Of a stretch of 32,000 bases of DNA, positions 16,493 through 24,950 are shown piece after piece. The DNA comes from Edaphobacter aggregans. Its GTDB lineage: Bacteria > Acidobacteriota > Terriglobia > Terriglobales > Acidobacteriaceae. The DNA lies in contig NZ_RSDW01000001.1 in NCBI RefSeq assembly GCF_003945235.1, forward strand, positions 5,250,001 to 5,282,000, given 5' to 3'. Made by a program: the position numbers and the translations under genes. Within the stretch, counting starts at the first letter, position 1, and the number at the start of each line of letters is the position of its first letter. The notes under the pieces were generated by a model. It saw nothing but the letters and a program-made list of their open reading frames with translations. It searched no databases and was not told the DNA's origin.

Positions 16493-17310
16493 AACCTTGT
16501 GGAGTCCCTGTTTTAGTTCTGCTGTTCTCGATGGGAGCTGCCAGTGGGCAACAAACGCAGCCGCGGGCTACGCAATCAACAACAAACCCGCAGGCACCAT
16601 CGAGCCGTAGTTCCTATGATCCGATGGCTCGTGGAAAGGGTACCCTTCAGCCCAAAGGGATCGTCGAAACAACTCTTGCCGGGATCAATCCGCAGGATAA
16701 GGACTATGGAAGTGTCGTCGCGGATTGGCGCAAAGAGGTGTTCGACACCGCCGTCAATCGCATTTACCTGTGGAGCATCTTCGTCCTTTGCCTGGTCCTG
16801 AGCGTGTCACTTCTCGGCAATGTGTGGCTCCTTCGGCAACGCCAACGGCGACTCGCCATATCAGCCAACATTGTCGTTCAACTATTCAACGCCTATGTCG
16901 GATCGCGCGCCAAGTCTCTCGAAGTGATTGGCAAGTACAACGCACTGGTTGAGCGTTACAACCGATTGAACGATGACATGAACACTGCGACATCAGAGCA
17001 GGCCAGCGAGAGTGACGACAAAGCTCAGCATAAGGTCGACTATAACCGCGCGAAGCAGGATAAGGGGACAGCGCAACGCGGGACGCCTTCAATGGCAACA
17101 TCACCCGCTGCACCGAAAGTTGATGCCGATGGGAACCTGTCAGAGTTTGAAGCGCTCCGGTCTCAGCTGCAGGAGTACGAGACAAAACTTCAGCGCAAGG
17201 ATGCGCAGCTTCAGGCCAAAGACAACCAGATCACCAATCTGCGCGGGCGTCTGACCCGTGCTCATGACAGTTTGGAAGGCGAGCGGCTGCAGAAATCCGA
17301 GGCGAAATAG
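16489..17310 (+). CDS. Hypothetical membrane-anchored coiled-coil protein
   Basis: ATGA overlap with the coupling-protein stop. It has a signal-like N-terminus, a Q/S/T/P-rich linker and one TM (IYLWSIFVLCLVLSVSLLGNVWLL). The C-terminus is a heptad-like charged helix (EFEALRSQLQEYETKLQRKDAQLQAKDNQITNLRGRL). Confidence 0.55.
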   Translation: MKPCGVPVLVLLFSMGAASGQQTQPRATQSTTNPQAPSSRSSYDPMARGKGTLQPKGIVETTLAGINPQDKDYGSVVADWRKEVFDTAVNRIYLWSIFVLCLVLSVSLLGNVWLLRQRQRRLAISANIVVQLFNAYVGSRAKSLEVIGKYNALVERYNRLNDDMNTATSEQASESDDKAQHKVDYNRAKQDKGTAQRGTPSMATSPAAPKVDADGNLSEFEALRSQLQEYETKLQRKDAQLQAKDNQITNLRGRLTRAHDSLEGERLQKSEAK

Positions 17311-17708
17311 GATGGTAGTTCACTGCGCAAGTTTCGGCTCGTTGTGGTGGCTCAGGCCGGGGAACAATGCTTCAGACCTGCTGCGATTCTCATCCCACGC
17401 TGCCGTATTCAACACGACGGGTTTCGTTTCTGGTTCTCGAGAACGCCGCTTGTGGCACATAGCAGGCGTAATTCGAATCAACCTGGGAATGCATAGCAAC
17501 ACAGCCGACCCGCGGCGCCTTTCGGCAACTAGTTACGAATGCGATGGACTGGAACGCCGTGGCGAGTGGAATCGATTGCTGCTGGGACGCAGGTTAGGCC
17601 AGACCGTCGAGGCGGAGAAGATCATCCACTGCACGCGCAGCAGCGTGATTGGCAGGATAGATTTCGATTCCTCATGGCACTGCAATGGGATTCAGGTGCT
17701 CGCAGCTA

Positions 17709-17759
17709 GCGCACTCCGGGGTGAGCAGGAGACGCTGCTTTTCGCAGCACCCGGTGCGC
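17709..17759 (+). promoter_or_regulatory. 51-nt composite imperfect palindrome with mutually exclusive inner hairpins, upstream of the replication-relaxation gene
   Basis: Outer arms are GCGCA (17709-13) / TGCGC (17755-59) and CCGGG (17716-20) / CCCGG (17750-54). Inside, AGCAG (17724-28) / CTGCT (17735-39) competes with GCTGC (17734-38) / GCAGC (17744-48). The element ends 34 nt before the ATG at 17794. Confidence 0.5.
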
Positions 17760-17793
17760 AATTACAAACGGACGCAGGAGACTGGGAGGTCCT

Positions 17794-18669
17794 ATGGGAC
17801 GGTTTAGCGAAGCGATGATCGAAGAATATGAAGGTCAGGTGACGGGCGCCAGTTCGCGGACGACGTACATTCGTTACAGCCAGGAGCGCGATCTCCCGAT
17901 GCTCCTCGCAATCCGAAATGCTACTTTCATGAGCCACGGGCAGCTGTTTGAGCAACTCGTCGCCACGGGAAGCGAAGTATCTCGGCGTGCCTGCAACTGG
18001 AGAATTCAGCGCCTGGTCCAAGCTGGCGTGGTCTCGAAGATGCCGCCACAGCTTCCATACTGTGGCCCCGTTTATACGATTAGCCGGAGCGGTCTGGCGT
18101 GTCTCGAGTCCTGCGGACATGGGTTGATCAGTCTCACATCGGAGTCAAAGTCGCTGGCAAATCCAGCCCAGATTCAGCATTACCTGGAATTGGGAGAGAT
18201 CCAGGCTGCATTTCGGAGGACGAAAATGCTGAAAGAATGGACCGGGGATCTGGAAATACGGTCCATCAATCAGTCGATCGATTTGCCTCTTGCCAAGGAT
18301 TACGACGCAATCGCCGAATTGGAATATGACAATTTTCGGTACCGAATTGCCCTAGAATACGAGCGATCTCTCAAGGCGTCGACACGCTATCAGGAGATCG
18401 TGGCGGCGATCGAGGATGAAGATCAGGTACAACTGCTGGTCTATATGACCTCTTCCATCGACCTTCTCTACCAACTCAAGGCAGAGTTTGAAGAGCAGAG
18501 GTTTCCGATAGTTCTGGTTCCTGCGCGCAGCTTTTGCATGAGCCCGCTGGCGGCGCGCATGTATTCGACCCGCAGTTTAGGAGGCCAGAAAGCAACGATC
18601 GAAGATGTTCTCGGCGCAATTCCCCGGCGAAAGAGAGTGCCTCCCGGTGAGCAGTTCGATCACGAGTGA
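17794..18669 (+). CDS. Replication-relaxation-family-like protein (N-terminal winged-helix, C-terminal nuclease-like core)
   Basis: A GGGAGG RBS precedes it. The N-terminus resembles a wHTH (FMSHGQLFEQLVATGSEVSRRACNWRIQRLVQAGVV). It is followed by HYLELGEIQAAF ... KDYDAIAELEYDNFRYRIALEYERSLK. That resembles the recalled H...PDa...alExD/E pattern of PF13814-type proteins. Assignment is from memory. Confidence 0.5.
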   Translation: MGRFSEAMIEEYEGQVTGASSRTTYIRYSQERDLPMLLAIRNATFMSHGQLFEQLVATGSEVSRRACNWRIQRLVQAGVVSKMPPQLPYCGPVYTISRSGLACLESCGHGLISLTSESKSLANPAQIQHYLELGEIQAAFRRTKMLKEWTGDLEIRSINQSIDLPLAKDYDAIAELEYDNFRYRIALEYERSLKASTRYQEIVAAIEDEDQVQLLVYMTSSIDLLYQLKAEFEEQRFPIVLVPARSFCMSPLAARMYSTRSLGGQKATIEDVLGAIPRRKRVPPGEQFDHE

Positions 18670-19154
18670 TTCGCTGCGGGCCGCAATCCGAGGATGATTC
18701 TGAGTTATTTACTTCCGCAGATTAGCGTAGGTACCTGCCCAATTAGACCGTGCGTTCACCGAGCCAACTTCCAATTTCAGTCCTAATAGTGGTCATTGCT
18801 GTTGATCTGGAGCAGCTGTGAGAAGCATGCCTGGGTAGTGCCTGATCAGTACCTCAGTACTGCCCACTTCCGTCTCCCTGCCTTCCGGCGCCATACCCGC
18901 CGAGTACCCGCAAACTCTGCAACTAATTGATGATAAAGACGCTATTTCTGACTATCCCCTAAAAACAGCCCGTTTGGGGTAGCGTAATTTTTTGGTAGCC
19001 GACCAAAGCCTCAATTCCTCGAAGCCTTCCTGCTCAGGACTCAATGAGTTACTCGTCTCGCTATCGCCAACTGAGAATGGAATGGCCAATTGTCCGACAA
19101 GGCGACTATTCGGCCAAGTGACGCTATGTGCGTTTCAGAAGGCTAACTTGGGCA

Positions 19155-19451
19155 TCAAGCCGCGCTGATCTCAACAACTTTCTCATCTCTCAGCTTCTTG
19201 ATGTCGCGCATCGGCGGCTGGCCAAAGAATCGGCTGTATTCTCGATTGAACTGACTGACGCTTTCGTATCCGACCTCAAAGGCCACAGTCGACGCGTCCA
19301 ATCCATCGACAAGCATTTTTCCGCGCGCCTTAGAATCAAAGCCGCAGCCATTCTTCCAGACTCGGAAGATTTCTAGCACATCGAGAGAGATCACACCGAA
19401 TCGAAGCAAGTTCGAAGAACAGCTGCTCACCGGATATCCCTGCGCCTGCAA
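19155..19451 (-). CDS. Short AraC/XylS-type HTH protein; DNA-binding domain only, possibly a truncated remnant
   Basis: The C-terminal signature VAFEVGYESVSQFNREYSRFFGQPPMRD is a typical AraC second HTH. A first-HTH-like stretch lies upstream. There is no N-terminal sensor domain and no good RBS. Confidence 0.5.
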   Translation of the reverse strand: MQAQGYPVSSCSSNLLRFGVISLDVLEIFRVWKNGCGFDSKARGKMLVDGLDASTVAFEVGYESVSQFNREYSRFFGQPPMRDIKKLRDEKVVEISAA

Positions 19452-19653
19452 GCTGGATGATCTCAGAGTCGTACGATTTTGCTCTTTGAGATTGCATGCT
19501 CAAAGATCGTCGGATTCGAAGTCAGTCCTGTGACGAAAAGTCACGAGCTTTGGCGGGTTTGTGGCAAGAAAAGCAAGCTGCCTCGTTGAAAGGTTTGCCA
19601 TCTGTAAATTGAGCGAATCCCCAGCCGCCGGTCGCGGCGTACTTTTCGGAATC

Positions 19654-20727
19654 TCAATGACTACGACGTGGATGCCATGGCACGACATCCTTCTGTTCTT
19701 CCTTCGAGTAGGGCTCACCAAAATATGGGAACTCGGAACGGATTCGATTGCGATCAGGGGCAGCGCCGTCCTGGATGGGCCTGTTTGTCGCTAATGAAAG
19801 CATCACATCCTGAACATCATCACCCAGTGGCCTGCCATTGAATCTCGCGACATCAAATGCAGCTGCTGTTCCCAATTCGTAGGGCAAGGTGGTCGGGCAT
19901 AGTCGAGAGACCATTTGCTTTCCGTATTCTTCCGGTTTCACGGCAGATCCTGCATAAGTAGTCATCTTCTGGGTATAGTCTGCGATGTATCCCGAGAATA
20001 AAGCGATGTCATCTGATGGCACCGATTTGTTGAAGGTCTCTTTCACCTCCTGATTGGCGGGATCGTTAAGAAAGAGATGTGTGATCATCGGCAGGCCCCA
20101 GCGTGACACCTGCATCTCGGGGGCATGGCCGTAAAGTGACACCGTGGCCCAGGCGTGGACCGTTCCCTTGCCGATCAGAAGGTTTGGAACTTCGAGGACA
20201 ATCGCAGTGATATTGCGATTGTTGAAGAAGTTCTGACGGCTGCGCAGGAACGCATCGCCGTCATACCTGTGTTCGTCGTAGAAGGCCTTCTGAAGATTTT
20301 GCATTGCGACAGCGTCGGCGGCGAACAGATCGGGAGCGATTCCGACGAAGGCTCGAATACCAGACTTGCTATGGACCGTGCCCGTATCGCCTTCTATTAG
20401 CAAATCGCCCTTGTCCCCGGCGATAGCCTCACCAGTAGCTCTACGGACCTGAAACTTCTGAACATGGACATGCTCGTCCACGTTCACATGTCTCGGTTCG
20501 TTGAACCTGAACTTGAAGACAACGTCTTCGCGAGCGTCACCAGTGAGATCCAGGCGGAAGGCATACAAACCCTCAATGTGAAGGGTATCCGGTGCAGAAA
20601 GGACAACATCAGGATTGACCGTCATCGCCATCACCGTTGTATCGGGAGCACCCTGAAACAGATAGAAATCACCCACGTTCAGGCTTGGATCCTCTTTCGC
20701 AAGTTTGGTGTCGAAATGATGGGACAT
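19654..20727 (-). CDS. DUF4331-family-like protein
   Basis: GAGAGG lies 5 nt upstream of the ATG. The N-terminus MSHHFDTKLAKEDPSLNVGDFYLF matches the recalled DUF4331 signature (SxHxD...DP..DI.D.Y.F). Confidence 0.55.
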   Translation of the reverse strand: MSHHFDTKLAKEDPSLNVGDFYLFQGAPDTTVMAMTVNPDVVLSAPDTLHIEGLYAFRLDLTGDAREDVVFKFRFNEPRHVNVDEHVHVQKFQVRRATGEAIAGDKGDLLIEGDTGTVHSKSGIRAFVGIAPDLFAADAVAMQNLQKAFYDEHRYDGDAFLRSRQNFFNNRNITAIVLEVPNLLIGKGTVHAWATVSLYGHAPEMQVSRWGLPMITHLFLNDPANQEVKETFNKSVPSDDIALFSGYIADYTQKMTTYAGSAVKPEEYGKQMVSRLCPTTLPYELGTAAAFDVARFNGRPLGDDVQDVMLSLATNRPIQDGAAPDRNRIRSEFPYFGEPYSKEEQKDVVPWHPRRSH

Positions 20728-20748
20728 ACGTTCCTCTCTTCCAATGCG

Positions 20749-21588
20749 TTATTGATGCATATCCGTGTCAACGTCGTCCGTCTGCCCGAACGAAGGGAGG
20801 TAGCGGCCGAAGTTCAATTCGAAGTCGCTCCGAACGCCGTAACCGATATTACGAATCTTGGCACGGCGTGCCTGCGCACTGGGCAAGGCCAACAGTGGAA
20901 AGAACAGGTCGATGCTCGACTGAAGCTCGGCCGCTGTCGGCGTGCCGAACCGATTGACCTGGGCCTTCGCCGCGGCCAGCGTTTCGCGGTCGAAGGAGGC
21001 CAGACGCCGGCCGAGCGCATCGACAAACGAGTCGAGGTCGCCATCGTCCAGCGTGCGGTTCACCCAGCCATAGCGCTCGGCGATATCGGCATCGAAATCG
21101 TCGCCGCTAAGCACGATCTCAAGTGCGCGCGAGCGGCCAACTATGCGCGGGAGCCATTCCAGCGCTCCGCCGCCCGGGACCAGTCCGACGCCAACCTCGG
21201 GGTTGCCGAACACGGCGCTTTGCCGGCTGGCGAAGCGCATGTCGCAGGCCAGCACGAACTCGTTACCGATGCCGCGCGTGCGGCCGCGAATCTTGGCGAT
21301 GCTCACGACTGGCACGGACGAGAGGCGCAGCACAAAGTCGCGCCAAAGGCCCAGCACCTCTGGCCGTTCAGCCGCCTTGGCTACGTCGAGATGGGCGACG
21401 AAAAAATCCGGATTCGCCGACTGGAACACTACGACCTTCACGGACGGGTCCGCCTCAAGGTCGGTCATTAGCGCTCCCAATTCGACGATCGTTGTGGGAA
21501 CAAACATGTTGATCGGGGGGTTGTTGAAGGTGATCGTACACAGACCCGGATAGGTGCGGTCGGTGTTGAACTGCGAGGGGTCAGGCAT
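20749..21588 (-). CDS. Enoyl-CoA hydratase/isomerase (crotonase) family protein
   Basis: AGGAG RBS upstream. Crotonase-fold motifs are present: ITFNNPPINMF, VVVFQSANPDFFVAHLD, GRTRGIGNEFVLACDMRFAS, FGNPEVGVGLVPGGG. Confidence 0.8.
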   Translation of the reverse strand: MPDPSQFNTDRTYPGLCTITFNNPPINMFVPTTIVELGALMTDLEADPSVKVVVFQSANPDFFVAHLDVAKAAERPEVLGLWRDFVLRLSSVPVVSIAKIRGRTRGIGNEFVLACDMRFASRQSAVFGNPEVGVGLVPGGGALEWLPRIVGRSRALEIVLSGDDFDADIAERYGWVNRTLDDGDLDSFVDALGRRLASFDRETLAAAKAQVNRFGTPTAAELQSSIDLFFPLLALPSAQARRAKIRNIGYGVRSDFELNFGRYLPSFGQTDDVDTDMHQ

Positions 21589-21631
21589 GGTGCATCTCCT
21601 ACGTTGCCGGTATAGATCCCGCCTTCTTCAG

Positions 21632-22393
21632 CTAACCGGCGACGAACTGCTGCCCGCCGTCGATGTCGTAGGTCGCGCCGGTGAGGGCTGTGTTGGTCAT
21701 GATGTGTACGGCGAGCGCGGCGACGTCGGCCGGCAAGACGACGCGCCGGATGGGAAGCGTGGCGCGAAGCTGATTGCGGCGGTTGTCGAGCTCATCGCCG
21801 AGGAGCGATGCCGACAACGGTGTATCGACAAAGCCGGCGGCGATAAGGTTGACTCGGACAGGCGCGAGTTCGAGCGCGAGGCTGGCGGTGAGAGCAGGGA
21901 GCGCAGCGGTGACTGTCGGCACGATCCCCATTCCGCTGCCTTGGCGGCGTCCACCGGTGCCGCCCATGAACAGGAGCGTGCCTCCGGGTCTTACCTTGTG
22001 CGCGGCGCTGCGGGCGACCTGGAGCATTTGCAAGAGGTGCGTGTCGAGGCCGCGGCGCGCCTGCTCCATGTCCATGTCGAGAAGGCGCCCGTAATGCGGC
22101 TGTCCGGCTGTCACCATCACATGATCGATCGTGCCGGGCAGGCCACCGAAGAATCGTTCGATCGCAGCAGGATCGTTGGCGTCGAAGGCCGCTGTACTCA
22201 GCGGTTCGAGCTCACCAGCGGCGAGCTCGAGGCGTTCGGGATTCCGGGCGGTGAGGATCAGCGTGGCCCCCTCAGCGCGTGCTCGCCTGGCCGTTTCGAG
22301 CCCAATGCCCGCGCTGCCGCCGACTACAACGACAGTCTGCCCGAGGAGTTCCGGTTCACGCCGGACGGGAACGGTGGTTGTTGCAGTGCTCAT
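21632..22393 (-). CDS. Short-chain dehydrogenase/reductase (SDR) family oxidoreductase
   Basis: I chose the ATG at 22393 (MSTATT...) because GGAGG lies 4 nt upstream of it. The Rossmann motif is VVVVGGSAGIG. The C-terminal IDGG is typical of SDRs. Confidence 0.8.
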   Translation of the reverse strand: MSTATTTVPVRREPELLGQTVVVVGGSAGIGLETARRARAEGATLILTARNPERLELAAGELEPLSTAAFDANDPAAIERFFGGLPGTIDHVMVTAGQPHYGRLLDMDMEQARRGLDTHLLQMLQVARSAAHKVRPGGTLLFMGGTGGRRQGSGMGIVPTVTAALPALTASLALELAPVRVNLIAAGFVDTPLSASLLGDELDNRRNQLRATLPIRRVVLPADVAALAVHIMTNTALTGATYDIDGGQQFVAG

Positions 22394-22463
22394 GATTCCT
22401 CCAGGAACCCGCGATCGAGAGCATCGACGTCCCACCGGGCGATGTCAGCCTCGGTGTGGTCGT

Positions 22464-23150
22464 TTATTGGGGTAACTCCTTGCCAGACTGCTCCGCGATC
22501 ATGTACGCGGCGTACCAGTCTGGCCAGTCCTCGTCGCGATGCCCAAGGAGTTTCTCGTGCTCGCCGTGGGCGGCCTCTGCACGCCGAAACGCGCTCGCCA
22601 GATCGTTCGCCGATGCGAAGGTGGTCGCCGTGTCGTCGATGCGGCCAGGAAGCCGCGTCGTGATTTCCTGGAACAGCCAGCCGTTCCCGTCCGGATCGCG
22701 GAACGAGGCGAATGATCGATAGCTGCCATGCGCTGGATCCGGACCGCTGACTCGGATCCGTCCGAACAGGTAGGGCTCGTCCGTGCCAGCGTAGACGTCG
22801 CCGGCACCATGAAACACCTCGCTGATCTCGACGCCGCGACGAAGCAAATTGTTGCGGGCGGCCTCAATGTCGGAGACGATCAGATAAAGACCCTGAGTGG
22901 AGCCTGGAGCCGCCGCGGTGACGTTCTTGCCGAAGATGACTGAGCACCCAGAGCCAGGCGGCGTTAATTGAATCACGCGATAGTCCTTACCGTTGTCATA
23001 GTCCGCGTCGAGTCGCCACCCGAGCCTCGCATAGAATTCCTTCGCACGGTCGACATCCGAGACGGGGATAACGACGATTTCGAACTTCATGTCGGCGCTC
23101 GCCTGGCTCGTGGCGTCGCTAACCTGGACTTCCGACGTCGCATTTGCCAT
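22464..23150 (-). CDS. VOC (glyoxalase/bleomycin-resistance/dioxygenase) family protein
   Basis: The ATG at 23150 follows AAGGAGGAG. Paired beta-alpha-beta-beta-beta module features are present (FEIVVIPVSDVDRAKEFYARLGW ... ASFRDPDGNGWLFQE). Confidence 0.7.
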   Translation of the reverse strand: MANATSEVQVSDATSQASADMKFEIVVIPVSDVDRAKEFYARLGWRLDADYDNGKDYRVIQLTPPGSGCSVIFGKNVTAAAPGSTQGLYLIVSDIEAARNNLLRRGVEISEVFHGAGDVYAGTDEPYLFGRIRVSGPDPAHGSYRSFASFRDPDGNGWLFQEITTRLPGRIDDTATTFASANDLASAFRRAEAAHGEHEKLLGHRDEDWPDWYAAYMIAEQSGKELPQ

Positions 23151-24031
23151 GTTCTCCTCCTTTGGTTCAACCGAATCGAAAGCCATAGTTGTTGAAGGCT
23201 AGCGTCAGCCAATAGAATCACTCACTCCTAAGGCCTGACGTTCAATACCTTTGCGAAGAGAAGCCTCGCCGGCCTGTTCTGAACCTCTAGGGTTCAAGGG
23301 CAGCTTGGAGGGGCTCCCACGGAATGCCTTGTTTTGCTGAAGAGGTCTATTCGCTTCCCTTTAGCGGAACCGCGAATCATATTCCTGATTTCACTTTGCT
23401 TGGGGCCCTGTAGTTTGTGAGTGACTTTATGCGACGAGCACGGGAGGGCGAATGCGCAAAATTATATACCTGCGATGCTAGGGAAATCTGCCAGGTCACT
23501 ATTGATTAGACGAAGATATCGGTCGTTGCCTTGGCAGGAACTCGGTATTGACTCTAATGCTCGGCTCTATTCATTAACAAGAATATTCGTTACGCTCGAA
23601 CGGCGCGGACACTAGGGAATTGTCGATTTTGGGTAACAGCGCAGTACACTCATTCCTTTCACATGGCCGATAAACCGGCTATCCGGACAACTGATTGCTC
23701 CAATTGATTCGCTACGCCTTTCTCAATGAGCGCATAATCTCCAATTCTCTTACTAAACGGTGTGCGATCCCGAGATTTTCCAGATTTCTGAGTTTTGGGG
23801 CGGATTACGGACAAGCCGGAAACTGCACCAGCCTAATTCGAAGGCGATCTGGCGGGTTGGGAACGACCTAAGGGAATTGCGCGGTTGCGCCGCTTTTTTG
23901 GCCCAAACCGAAAATTGCTCAACGAGTTCTACCACCCGAATTATGAAGGAATACGAAGCAGCTTTCAGCGACGGCGGCACAAGTGTAGCCTTCGTAGAAA
24001 ACCACTGAATTCAACTGAATAGAGGTGCATC

Positions 24032-24232
24032 ATGGTTTCCCCCAGTCTGTCTCTCCGCGAGCGGCTTATCGTCGCTGGACTGTTGCGCCCAGCGGATCCG
24101 TATGAGAAATCCGCGGCTCATCAGAGATTTTCCATTTACCTCCAGAACATGGCGCGTACAGGCATTTGTATCCGTTCAAGCTTGGACACCCAGATGACCC
24201 TTGCAGTATTGGAACGTTGGTACATGCTCTAA
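24032..24232 (+). CDS. Small hypothetical ORF (weak)
   Basis: GAGG lies 6 nt upstream of the ATG. It is the only RBS-supported ORF I found in the 23.2-24.4 kb gap, and no family is recognised. Confidence 0.25.
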   Translation: MVSPSLSLRERLIVAGLLRPADPYEKSAAHQRFSIYLQNMARTGICIRSSLDTQMTLAVLERWYML

Positions 24233-24389
24233 GCCCTAGCTTTGAAGCTTGCGTGTCTGTATACGACGACGGTCTCGCTACCGTCGATCGCGACGCATAG
24301 CTCATCACAGCAGTTCGCTCTTTCATCCTGGCCTCCGCCCACGCGGGGGCTTTGTCATTTCTGTAGCACCCACCTCCAAGGAAAAGGTC

Positions 24390-24866
24390 ATGTCGAATCG
24401 TTATCGTCGCTATTCGAAGCGCGAGCTGCTAGGCAGCTTGTATGTGGACTATGTCATGTCCGTCACCGACCTTGGGCTTGCGCCCAAAACAAATCGCTGG
24501 GACGTGCTTCGCGCCTTCCTGAACGTGGGCGAGGCGCGTGCTGAGCGACTGGTTGAGGAGAGCGGAGGGTTTCTCCTGCTTCAAAGTATCCCGGGCCGTC
24601 CCAACACTGGAGCGATTTACGCCTACATCGAGCGGCTGCAGGCCTTTTTCTGGCTTCGTTTTGAGCAGAAGGAGGACACGCTGAATGGTGAGGACTTCCA
24701 ACATGCCTTGCGCATTCACCACCTAGTGAGATTCGTAAGGTGTACCCCCGGCAATTCCCATCGTCGTCATCGTCGCAACCGAAAAGCTCGTCCCGCCGAA
24801 AAGGGAGCCGATTCCATAGCGGCTCACTTTTCGGCTCAAGATGTCTCACTTGTGGCGGTGCTCTAA
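24390..24866 (+). CDS. Hypothetical protein (N-terminal RRYSKRELL motif)
   Basis: The ATG at 24390 follows AAGGAAAAGG. The upstream extension to 24249 is Arg/Ser-rich junk. The motif is shared with the ORF at 13335. Confidence 0.5.
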   Translation: MSNRYRRYSKRELLGSLYVDYVMSVTDLGLAPKTNRWDVLRAFLNVGEARAERLVEESGGFLLLQSIPGRPNTGAIYAYIERLQAFFWLRFEQKEDTLNGEDFQHALRIHHLVRFVRCTPGNSHRRHRRNRKARPAEKGADSIAAHFSAQDVSLVAVL

Positions 24867-24950
24867 CAAAATCAGCAGATTCTGGTTCATTTGACCGAGT
24901 TTCAGAACCGGGGTACAACTACACAACTTTGAAGGAACGGAGGACGAACC

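Larger units (their letters stand above)
1..18669 (+). mobile_element. Conjugative type IV secretion (mating-pair formation plus coupling protein) module of a plasmid or ICE; extends beyond the 5' window edge
   Basis: Co-oriented, tightly packed or overlapping genes recognisable as VirB10, VirB2, VirB3, VirB4, VirB5 x2, VirB6, VirB8, VirB9 and a VirD4/TraD-like ATPase. Many junctions show ATGA or TAATG stop/start overlaps. Confidence 0.85.

Noticed and set aside
17258-17818. 186-aa + strand ORF filling the gap before the replication-relaxation gene
   Set aside because: It overlaps the end of the coiled-coil gene and the start of the 17794 gene. The product is rich in Trp, Cys and Arg, and there is no RBS or recognisable domain. 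I treated the region as non-coding, but a small unrecognised gene cannot be excluded.
20464-22663. Long + strand ORFs (335 aa at 20464-21471, 369 aa at 21554-22663) antisense to the DUF4331, crotonase and SDR genes
   Set aside because: The minus-strand frames carry clear family motifs and RBSs. The + strand products are Arg/Ala/Gly-rich with no motifs. This is a typical shadow-ORF artefact of high GC.
23881-23899. GCGG-TTGCG-CCGC hairpin followed by TTTTTT in the non-coding gap, as a terminator or sRNA 3' end
   Set aside because: The stem is only 4 bp and there is no supported upstream gene or promoter. This is too weak to call without transcript data.
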